Of a DNA stretch of 32,362 bases, positions 22,331-32,362 are shown piece after piece. Both the position numbers and the translations under genes were made by a program. The notes under the pieces were generated by a model. It saw nothing but the letters and a program-made list of their open reading frames with translations, was not told the origin of the DNA and made no database searches. The DNA comes from Octopus bimaculoides. Taxonomy: Eukaryota. The stretch spans positions 172,144,603-172,176,964 of the forward strand of contig NC_068982.1 of NCBI RefSeq assembly GCF_001194135.2, read 5' to 3'. Numbering within the stretch: position 1 is the stretch's first letter; every line of letters begins with the position of its first letter.

Positions 22331-22364
22331 ATAGTGACTAAATAAGGCCACGGGGCAATCTAAC

Positions 22365-22473
22365 CAAGCCATTCTGTTGAAGAATTTCCTGTCGTATAGT
22401 ATGGAATAAAGTTCTTGCAAGTTTAGGGGCAAGGCAATAACCTGTGTTAAATGACTGTCTTGAATATCTTCCA
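22365..22473 (-). other. Candidate 109-nt host exon (unconfirmed)
   Basis: Strong polypyrimidine acceptor TTTTTTTTTCTGTTTCTTCAG, possible donor TG|GTTAGA, two open frames (VEDIQDSHLTQVIALPLNLQELYSILYDRKFFNRMA and GRYSRQSFNTGYCLAPKLARTLFHTIRQEILQQNGL). Complex sequence between repeats. Confidence 0.25.
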
Positions 22474-22658
22474 CTGAAGAAACAGAAAAAAAAAGAATCT
22501 TAAATATTATTTCATTTGTCACAAGGCAAAGTGAACTTGCAACATTCAAGTAGACTGGCGAAATACGAATAATTTTGGAGCACATAGAAGCACACAGACA
22601 CACATGAAATACAGCGATCATACACTTGCAATGCTTTTGTCAATATTAAATTCAATGA

Positions 22659-22889
22659 AAGGAGGCAAGCTGGCAGAAACGTTAGCACGCCGGGCGAAAT
22701 ACTTAGCGGTATTTCGTCTTTACGTTCTGAGTTCAAATTCCGCCGAGGTTGACTTTGCCTTTCATCCTTTCGGGGTCGATAAATTATGTACCATTTACGC
22801 ACTGGGGTCGTTGTAATCGACTTAATCCCTTTGTCTGTCCTTGTTTGTCCCCTCTATGTTTAGCCCTTTGTGGGCAATAAGGAAATAAG
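22659..22889 (+). mobile_element. SINE family B, full-length left monomer (tail type 2)
   Basis: GGCAAGCTGGCAGAAACGTTAGC head, GAGTTCAAATTCC B box, core GACTTTGCCTTTCATCCTTTCGGGGTCGATAAA, tail TTAATCCCTTTGTCTGTCC...GGGCAATAAGGAAATAAG. Confidence 0.9.
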
Positions 22890-23080
22890 AAACGTTAGCA
22901 CGCCGGGCGAAATGCTTTGCGGTATTCCGTCTGCCGCTACGTTCTGAGTTCAAATTCCGCCGAGGTCCACTTTGCCTTTCATCCTTTCGGGGTCAATAAA
23001 TTAAGTGGCAGTTGCTTACTGGGGTCGATCTAACCGACTGGCTCCCCCCTCATAAAGTTCCTAGCCTGAGTGTAGATAAG
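22890..23080 (+). mobile_element. SINE family B, 5'-truncated right monomer (tail type 1-like) fused in tandem
   Basis: Starts directly at AAACGTTAGCACGCCGGG and repeats the head and core. The tail differs from the left monomer. Confidence 0.85.
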
Positions 23081-23285
23081 CATGTTTAGCGAGTAAAGTG
23101 TAATTATTGTGTCCATGTGATTATACATATGTGGGTATAAGGTGGGGAATGATTGTAACCCACCTATGCACACAGGTGAGCCTCACACAACTACAGAACT
23201 GATTTCTTTTCATGTAATTCGATCACCTGACTCGCGTGAGCAACATAAATATATATACACTCTTCTTGAATGTATCGGTATGTCA

Positions 23286-23316
<31 letters not shown>

Positions 23317-23435
23317 GGAGAGAGAGAGAGAGAGAGAAACAGAAAGAGGGAGGGAGAGGGAGACAGACAGAGAGAGAGTGACTTTGGATTGCTTTCGTCT
23401 GGTAGCGAGTCGAGCTTTAGCTTAACATCGTATCG

Positions 23436-23614
23436 GGTTCAAATTTTGGCACAAGGCCAGCAGTTTTGAGGGAGGGGACCAAGTCGATTAAATCGACCCC
23501 AGTGTTTATTTTATCGACTCTGAAAGAATGAAAGGTGGTGTCACCCTCGGCGGAACTTGAACTCAGAAAGCATCTGGCTCGGCAGGCTAACGTTCCTGTC
23601 TGCTCGTCGCCTTT
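23436..23614 (-). mobile_element. Decayed SINE family B (tail variant GCCTTGTGCCAAAATTTGAACC)
   Basis: CTTGAACTCAG, ATCGACCCCAGT and head CTGCTCGTCGCCTT are homologous to the other copies. Confidence 0.75.
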
Positions 23615-23748
23615 TAGNNNNNNNNNNNNNNNNNNNNNNNNNNNNNNNNNNNNNNNNNNNNNNNNNNNNNNNNNNNNNNNNNNNNNNNNNNNNNNNNNNN
23701 NNNNNNNNNNNNNNNNNNNNNNNNNNNNNNNNNNNNNNNNNNNNNNNN

Positions 23749-23838
<90 letters not shown>

Positions 23839-24368
23839 TGCTTGTGCTTATACGTGTCTGTACGCGCATGTGCATATATATGATAATGATGATGACAATC
23901 AATTATCATCATCGCCATTATCATCATTATCACTACTACCAATATTTTGAACGTCATCATCTTTGTCAACATTATTACTAAACATTTGTGCATTTCTTCT
24001 TAGCTGGTTTGATAGGTTGGCCATGTTACATATTCATGAAGCCCATAGTTCAATAACTGTAGCATCTTTACCGACAAACCTTCTTAGAGTTCCAACTTCT
24101 GATCACCCTAGATTGTGTACATATTTACACTGGCCCTTCTGTCCAATGTAGCACCTCTACATTGTCGCTCGGCCCACTAGAAACAATAACAAATAGCTCT
24201 AAAATCACACTCCATCGACTATTAAAAGGGAATCAACTGAATGATGTACTGTTACATTTAGTGTGTATAATATATTCAAGAAAGAACTGGTGATCAATGT
24301 TGAAGTCATTTTAATCACAGATCAACTCAATCATGGCAGAACTAAATCTAAGAAGTTCCTTCCCCAGT

Positions 24369-24585
24369 CATTGACTCATAGGTTTACCCGTTTCTATAGG
24401 GTATATATTTCCCACCTGGACGGGACGCCGGTCCGTCGCAGGATTATTCATTTTTGCCAGCTGAGTAAACTGGAGCAATGTGAAATGAAGTGTTTTGCTC
24501 AAGAATACAACGTGTCACCCGGTCCAGGAGTCGAAACCACAATCATGAGTGCAACACCCTAACCACTAAGCCACGCCATCCACCA
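24369..24585 (-). mobile_element. tRNA-derived SINE, family D (V-domain-like body)
   Basis: Minus strand GGCGTGGCTTAGTGGTTAGGG ... GGTTTCGACTCC head, body CCTGCGACGGACCGGCGTCCCGTCCAGG. Related copy at 32001-32260. Confidence 0.75.
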
Positions 24586-24789
24586 GAACTACATCTAAAC
24601 GTTCTAAGCTCTAAGTTCACAATTTATATATTTTGATGAATATTTTTTATAATTATCTAATTGGAGAAGGAAAGCATACCCTCTGGTCTCTTGAAACCTT
24701 TGGTTTGATTGAGGCTCACTTTAAATTTCACACAGCCATAAGCCCCACATAGCGAATGCGTTTATTCAGAGCCACGCAAACAGACAACA

Positions 24790-25944
24790 AGCAAAACAAC
24801 CCCAGAAGAAGAAACGTCACTCCATTCAACCGCTCTTCAGCCTGAGCATATCAGCAGATGTAAAACTTTCCTATGACAAATCGACAAATGCATTATAATG
24901 ATTATAAATACTGCAAGCTATTCGTCAGGAACAAAACAAATGTCAGATGCAGTTGTGCAAAAGTACCTTTAAGCGAGTCAAACAAACTATAACTTATCAA
25001 GAAGCACACAAAATACGGCCGAAGATATGAGCAACTTCAGCAGATCAGGGTGATGGCCGTTGAGTGGAAACTGCTGTAAGATATGAAGTCTTTAAAGCCA
25101 CATTATCAGAAAGGGGAAAGTTAGGAATAAACTTTACTAATACAACCAGCAAAAGTTATCCTAAATATNNNNNNNNNNNNNNNNNNNNNNNNNNNNNNNN
25201 NNNNNNNNNNNNNNNNNNNNNNNNNNNNNNNNNNNNNNNNNNNNNNNNNNNNNNNNNNNNNNNNNNNNNNNNNNNNNNNNNNNNNNNNNNNNNNNNNNNN
25301 NNNNNNNNNNNNNNNNNNNNNTGCTTACCAACCAACTACATGGTTCCGGGTTCAGTCCCACTGCGTGGCATCTTGGGCAAGTGTCTTCTACTATAGCCTC
25401 GAGCCAACCAAAGCCTTGTGAGTGGATTTGGTAGACGGAAACTGAAAGAAGCCCGTCGTATATATGTATATATATATGTATGTGTGTTTGTATGTCTGTA
25501 TTTGTCCCCCCCCCCCACCATCACTTGACAACCGATGCTGGTGTGTTTACGTCCTCGTAACTTAGCGGTTCGGCAAAAAGAGACTGATAGAATAAGTACT
25601 AGGCTTACAAAGAAAAAGTTCTGGGGTCGATTTGCTCGACTAAAGGTGGTACTCCAGCATGACCGCAGTCAAATGACTAAAACGAGTAAGTAAAGAGTAA
25701 TATATATATACACACAATATACATAATACGTGTATTCTTGCTATAACATAAGGAATACAACGTACCAATCTAAGCACATTTGGAATTTAAACGAAGATAA
25801 CAAACACAAACATGGTTTCCTGACATACTTCTTATGTATTGCAGAAAATATAAACGTACATTACATGCGACTGTTAACTGGAAGAAATGAGATCAGATAA
25901 CGTTGCAGACACAAAATAAATTTATCTTTAAAAGAATTATGAAT
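24790..25944 (+). mobile_element. Decayed Penelope-like element ORF (linker plus GIY-YIG), interrupted by an N-gap and a family C SINE
   Basis: Frameshifted RRNVTxFNxLFSLSISADV..FL.QIDK...KLFVRN (cf. RRNITWFNPPFS...FL.LIDK..KLFNRN), WPLSGNC at 25054-25074 (cf. CPLxGxC), and at 25754-25944 SKHIWNL...LCIAE...LLTGRNEI..CRHK (cf. LSKHIWxLK...LCLxEK...LLNKRxE..xKCRH). Confidence 0.7.
25322..25700 (+). mobile_element. tRNA-derived SINE, family C (5' end in gap)
   Basis: GGGTTCAGTCCCACTGCGTGGCATCTTGGGCAAGTGTCTTC, internal TA/TG tract, tail AAGGTGGTACTCCAGCATGACCGCAGTC. Homologous to 14784-15175. Confidence 0.85.
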
Positions 25945-26076
25945 TACAAACAGGGCAGATATCCCAAAATTTAACTACAGCACTACCATAATGAAAGATT
26001 TCATACATAGGTAAACACAAACACACAACTCAAACGCCAAAGAGTTAATTTAAATTTCGTGCCCAAATCACTATGC

Positions 26077-26131
<55 letters not shown>

Positions 26132-26910
26132 TAGAAATACATTTACTTATACACAAAGAAAATTATAATTCCTAATCACCAAAATCAACAGGCCATAAAA
26201 CCATAAACAGGACGTATGACCAGCGAAGCATAAAATAACATTCCTTTCGATTCAAAGTTGGTCAACAACTACAACACAGTCCATCTAAACTACAATATAT
26301 GCGTTCAACAAATCTACATAACAATTTTCATAAAAATAAGTGAATTTGATAAACAAGAAATACGCCTAACGATCCGAAAAAAAAAATTCGAAAACAACAA
26401 TTAAAGTCCTTTGATAAAGTTTTAAAACAATACAAAAGCAGTAAAAGCATAAAGAACAAGTTATAAGCAACCAACAGATTCTCAAAAACTTGAAAATTCG
26501 GCCGTTACTAAACAAAAATATAACAACATAACAAAACAAAGTTGGAAACGTATAAAAGAAATAATCTGGCACAGACGACGCCTCAAATACAATATAAGAA
26601 AAAAGAACAGCAGAGTCGAACAAAAAAGAAGTAAAAGCTCATACCGATGGATATAAAAGAATAGATCACAGAGTAATAGTAGTTCTCGCTTAGTAATTGC
26701 TGTGGCGTGAAACTTGAGCCTCGGGAAAGGAAAATGGTTAAACCAGACGACATACGTATAAGCACACACACACACACACATATATAGATGCACACACATG
26801 AACACACACACACACACACACACACATACACTCACACAGAATAATGTCGGACGAATGAGAAGGAATTCTCTATATATTGCAGAGAATTTTAATAAAACCT
26901 GTGTATATGC

Positions 26911-26912
<2 letters not shown>

Positions 26913-26966
<54 letters not shown>

Positions 26967-26967
26967 G

Positions 26968-27006
<39 letters not shown>
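26913..27006. repeat. (GATA)n tetranucleotide repeat
   Basis: Directly visible. Confidence 0.95.
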
Positions 27007-27200
27007 GCAACGTAAAGGAACAGGGATTTGAAATCCGGGCATATACGTATGAGCACTCAAAAGCAATCTGTCTAACCACATCGACTGATAGGGAACATTT
27101 ACAATCGTTTAAAATAAAAACAATTAAACTGTATTGCTTTCGATTTGTAAATCCTGAGATCACTTCATTTGATTTCATGTAGCAAACAGAGAATATAATC

Positions 27201-27258
27201 AAGGTGGTGCACCAGCATGACCGCAGCCACTTGGCTGAAACACATAAATAAATAAATA
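27201..27258 (+). mobile_element. Solo 3' tail of SINE family C (extreme 5' truncation)
   Basis: AAGGTGGTGCACCAGCATGACCGCAG...CTGAAAC matches 25641-25684, followed by (TAAA)n. Confidence 0.6.
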
Positions 27259-27587
27259 TTCAAAATTTATTTATTAAAACATATTCTTCTACAGGAAATT
27301 ACGGTGTCATGAGTGTTTTTTTGAAAGTACGAATTCCTATTTGTTATTTTGGAAAGAGCGACAATAAATAATAACACTGATGTATTCTCTATACCCACAA
27401 ATGTTCGACCGTACATATATTTGAATACATTTTTATTTGGTTTTGGCTGTTAATTCTAGCATCTTAAACATATTAGCTTATTTGTGCTGCGTGTTTCGTG
27501 AGAGTGTGCCTAAGCATGTGCTTTTGGTTGAGGGTTTGTGTGTGTGTGTTCATGTGTATGTGTGTGTGTTCATGTATATGTGTGTGC

Positions 27588-27645
<58 letters not shown>

Positions 27646-27929
27646 CAGAGAAGCAGACAGAAAAAGATAGACAGACAGACAGAGAAAAGCAAAGTCATTG
27701 AAGATTTATTCTGCAGTGTGTTGTGTTCCGTATATAATTTTAATTTCTTTGCGTGAGCGTTTAGAGAGCGATTTGGCTGTAAAATCCAATGTTTGGAGCG
27801 TATTGGACTGATTACGTCTTTCTATGCTAATGTTTGAGTTTCTGTACATCTCTGTCTGTGAGAAAGAGATGGTACGTAAATGTTTTCATATTTCATAATC
27901 TATATGCCTCCATCTGTACATATATGCAT

Positions 27930-27972
<43 letters not shown>

Positions 27973-28343
27973 NNNNNNNNNNNNNNNNNNNNNNNNNNNN
28001 NNNNNNNNNNNNNNNNNNNNNNNNNNNNNNNNNNNNNNNNNNNNNNNNNNNNNNNNNNNNNNNNNNNNNNNNNNNNNNNNNNNNNNNNNNNNNNNNNNNN
28101 NNNNNNNNNNNNNNNNNNNNNNNNNNNNNNNNNNNNNNNNNNNNNNNNNNNNNNNNNNNNNNNNNNNNNNNNNNNNNNNNNNNNNNNNNNNNNNNNNNNN
28201 NNNNNNNNNNNNNNNNNNNNNNNNNNNNNNNNNNNNNNNNNNNNNNNNNNNNNNNNNNNNNNNNNNNNNNNNNNNNNNNNNNNNNNNNNNNNNNNNNNNN
28301 NNNNNNNNNNNNNNNNNNNNNNNNNNNNNNNNNNNNNNNNNNN

Positions 28344-28411
<68 letters not shown>

Positions 28412-29404
28412 TAAGGCTACCTACCATTAGTTTTATGTTAAGAAAAGTAGGAAAATATTCTAGTGTCTTAATTTTTCCTACGAGGAAAAGGTTTGGAATT
28501 GACGCTTTTAACGAATCATTCTTCCTCTCCTTTTGCTTAGTCGAGTGCCAAGCAATGACTGCTAGCTACCTAGCTGCTACCTACAATATACGACTAACTC
28601 AATGACCAGCACATCTTTTAGTTACTGGCTAACGAGACTAGAGACCAACTCGTACAAATTCATGCATAATCTCGTAATTATAAAGATATTTATGATATCC
28701 GTTTTGTATGGAAAGTCCCTTCTCAATTCTCTTTCATTTCTATCTTGTAGACTGCAGACTTGGCCCTTATATCGTTTAATTCTCCTTAAATATTTTTCCG
28801 AGCTCCTTAGAATAAAATTGCATCACGAAGTTAAATGTTTTAGGCAGACACATGCGCGTATAAAACCTTACACACACACACACACACACACACATATGCA
28901 TACATACAGACACAAACATATACGTGCATACATATATAAATACACACACATGCATATAGGCATACATTCATGCATACATATACACAAACATGTCCATTTT
29001 CACATATGGGTCTTTATACGCTTATACACGCTCATTCAGAAATCTATACACAGATATGCATACATGCATATTTACATGTCGCTTATTTTCACAAATATAC
29101 GCAAATATACATTTATACACACACGTACATATGTGTGTGTTTCTATATATATATATACATTCAAGCATATATATATTCTTACGTAACATATGTAAAATGC
29201 ACAAATACCAACACACTGTGCATTTTGTGATATTTCTGAAGTGGTTTGCCATTAATTACAAACCAGACACAACCAACTGACCGTGAAGTTCTCACTTCCT
29301 TTCGTTTTTTATAAACATTAGCTTGCAGTTCACTTCAAATTCACTCAACTGGAACCTAATTCATACATACATCCAAACATGTGCGCGCTGATATAAAAAC
29401 AAAA

Positions 29405-29464
<60 letters not shown>

Positions 29465-29700
29465 NNNNNNNNNNNNNNNNNNNNNNNNNNNNNNNNNNNN
29501 NNNNNNNNNNNNNNNNNNNNNNNNNNNNNNNNNNNNNNNNNNNNNNNACACACACACGCAAACACACACATTCACACACACACACGCGCGCGGAAAGAGT
29601 GATTGAAATGAAAATAAGATTACAACCACAGAAGTAGTAAAATAAAAATTACTTCTAAATTATTATTATCATTATTTATTATTAGTATTATTATTAGTAT

Positions 29701-29757
<57 letters not shown>

Positions 29758-30797
29758 TACCATTATTATTATTTTGATTATCATCATCATCATTATTGTT
29801 ACTATTGAAAAACCTTTTCTATGATCCAGTTCAGGTTTCGCAGATTTTTTGTTTTCAATTGTAGATTCTACAGAGTAAAATATTGTAACAACTGTTGTTT
29901 TATATTCATGTACTTTAAACGTAGCCTGTCAGTCGTATTACACAGCCTTCTGGCGCATTCACAAGTCTACTCATTTTTAGGAGGTGGGTTATTTTATGAG
30001 TGTGTAATTGTTTAGAACGAACCCCATTATGTGTTTGGTATTTTCTCACCCCGCACAAAGGACGCATGCACTTTTGAAATACGGCGCAGAGTGGCGACCA
30101 TGCACTGCATCGTTACGGGCTGCCCTTTGGCAAGGTATAGCACCCGTTTAGCTACCCTGCCAGGGATACGGTTAAGTCACGGGACTGTAGCAATGGCGGA
30201 TTGTGAAGAAGTTGGTAACAGAAATGCTCAACTGAGCCAACAGTGTTTCTTACGTTGGTGCCATACTGAGTGGAGGAATCCTATAAGACCAGCAGTCAGG
30301 ATCACCAGGAATAACTGCAACGCATCCCTAGGAGTGACATCCATGGTTGTGTAATCAGCCAATAAAAGATTTTACTATGACGCAAACTCTGAATTCAAAT
30401 TCATAATAATGGAATTAGATGGCGACAGAAAATCAGCGAAATCCGTGAAAGCATAAAAAAAAAAAGAAAGGACGAAGCAAATCAGAAAATGTTGAGTGCT
30501 ACGATTGAACTCAGAAGTCGTAGAGAACCCCACGAAGGACAGGCCCGTATGACAAAGGTAGATACGGAAAAGAAACCAATATCAAAACCTGAGTCAATAC
30601 TATCTTCGATGTAGAGCCGTCTTAGAGGCTTATAGGCCTCTTGGCGAATCAGTGCAATGGGCTCGACAGCATTTATCTATTCATTGATAGCAAGCCACAA
30701 CATTCATAGATTAGAATTGGGCTCCTAAACTTGGGCTCCTAAACTAGGCAACTGCCTAGTGTGCCCATACTTAGAGACAGCACTGCTTCAAGAGAAA

Positions 30798-30960
30798 GTG
30801 CGTAGCATAGTGGTTTGAGGCGTCTGACTCATTATCATAAGGTTGAGGTTTCAAATCCTGGTCCAGAACGCCCGTTGCGTCTTTGACCAATCCACGCCAT
30901 CTCTCACTGCCCACATCTAACCAGGTGCATTGTGTCCCAACCGGGTATGTACTGCCGCAT
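30798..30960 (+). mobile_element. Decayed tRNA-derived SINE head (family E)
   Basis: TAGCATAGTGGTT A-box-like and GGTTTCAAATCC B-box-like elements at tRNA spacing. The 3' end is undefined. Confidence 0.45.
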
Positions 30961-31340
30961 CTATTTCTCTCAGCGCCAATCATATTTTGTAAGTTTCGCT
31001 TCGTCAACAGTGAGGGAGTCGAGAGAGTCTCTATGCCTGCTCACGAGTACATAAGCACCAAACGCTGTAAGTGAAACCATAGTATATGCTAGCAAGCTAT
31101 ACTCGCTCGTGTGAGACATCTGGTTGCACTGCTTTTTCGAGTTGAACTGCATATCATTAAAAGGCGGATAGAAAGAGTAAGATTAACAGATAAACAGGAA
31201 GACAAGAACAAGAAAGAATCGTGTGATGCAAACACACATAAGCTGTTCATTTTTGTTATAGGTTACTCAACGGAAGAAGTGAAATATATAGATATCTTCC
31301 CAAGCGTCTCTGACATGGCTGTGTGTGTATTGAATGCCTT

Positions 31341-31374
<34 letters not shown>

Positions 31375-31748
31375 ACGTAAGAGAGTTAGGGGTTGGGGGT
31401 TCAACCCACTAAGGGATAGTATCTATCCAGTATACTGCTGGGAGGGTACCCAATTATTGCTACACTAGTGCTATACTAGGTGCAATCAATGGGAGCGGGT
31501 AAAAGTGGAGGTTTTACCCAAAATTTGTGTAACAATTAGAAAATGGAGGATAATATGCTGAACCCAACTACTTGCAGACGGTGTATCCCGTTGAATTCAT
31601 TAATTTAATTCATAGCAAAAGTGACAAAAAAAGGAAGAAAAGAAAAAGAAAGAAAGAACCAAAGCACAGGTGTCCATGGCAGACTGTTATTTTGCCAACA
31701 TGGTTTACATATAGAAGTACAAAGTACATAAGGAATTAGAGGATGAAC

Positions 31749-31800
<52 letters not shown>

Positions 31801-32000
31801 ATGGATATACACATGCATTCATGTGTGTATGTAGATAGCCGTGTACAATGTTTACCAAAAGGAAAACCATAACTGTCACTAAATAGAACACCTACATTGC
31901 TAGAAATAAGAGCCAAAATGCTCTGATGCTGTTGTTAAAGCACATAATTATATACATATATATACTGACAAGGACTATAATAGCCCGAAAGCACCGGTCA

Positions 32001-32260
32001 AGGAGGTGCATGGTTTAGTGGTTAGGGAGTTCAGCTCATGATCAAAGATTGTGGTTTCGATTACCGGTTCTGGTAATGCGTTGTATATTATTTCACATAT
32101 CTCCAGTCCATTCAGTTGGTAAAAATGAGAAATCTTGCGACGAGTCGACATTACGTCTAGGGGCGTATGTATGTATGTATGTATGTATGTATGTATGTAT
32201 ATGTATGTATGTATGTATGTATATGTATGTACGTATGTGAGAGGAAAACTGGGAAACGAG
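32001..32260 (+). mobile_element. Decayed SINE family D with internal (TATG)n expansion
   Basis: TGGTTTAGTGGTTAGGG ... GGTTTCGATTACC head and CTCCAGTCCATTCAGTTGGTAAAAATGA body match the reverse complement of 24369-24585. Confidence 0.65.
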
Positions 32261-32362
32261 GCGATTGGTTCAGACAACACGCCAATGAGCATCGGGTATT
32301 CGAATATGATAAAAGAAAAGTCCTCCGCTTGAAACATGAGTTTTTTACAACCTGCAACACAC

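Noticed and set aside
21950-22621. 223-aa minus-strand ORF as a gene
   Set aside because: It runs through a decayed SINE and an (ATT)n tract. Only the 109-nt sub-segment is kept, as a weak exon candidate.
28602-29186. 194-aa plus-strand ORF
   Set aside because: The second half is CA/TA low-complexity sequence and the first half has no recognisable motif.
769-32360. Most ORF-track entries as protein-coding genes
   Set aside because: They are translations of (CA)n, (TA)n, (GA)n, triplet repeats or N-gaps. The only ones with real protein motifs are transposon fragments.

Overview
AT-rich, microsatellite-saturated eukaryotic scaffold with 12 N-gaps. The repeat families and triplet/dinucleotide mosaics look like an octopus (cephalopod) genome, but that assignment is recognition from memory, not verified. 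No intact protein-coding gene, rRNA, true tRNA gene or CRISPR array is supported. Almost all ORF-track entries are translated microsatellites or N-runs. The window is a retroelement graveyard: (i) at least five tRNA-derived SINE families, four copies with clear target-site duplications; (ii) four fragments of R4/Dong-like non-LTR retrotransposons with a PD-(D/E)xK restriction-like endonuclease, three starting at (AAT)n tracts and one divergent lineage ending in (CATA)n; (iii) several Penelope-like element (PLE) remnants; (iv) a hAT-like MITE. The most interesting object is a 422-bp TSD-flanked PLE-type insertion at 18196-18617. It is a 180-bp near-perfect inverted repeat with a minimal type-I hammerhead ribozyme in each arm, one per strand. 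A decayed second hammerhead lies at 4231-4257. One weak candidate host exon (22365-22473, minus strand) is noted.
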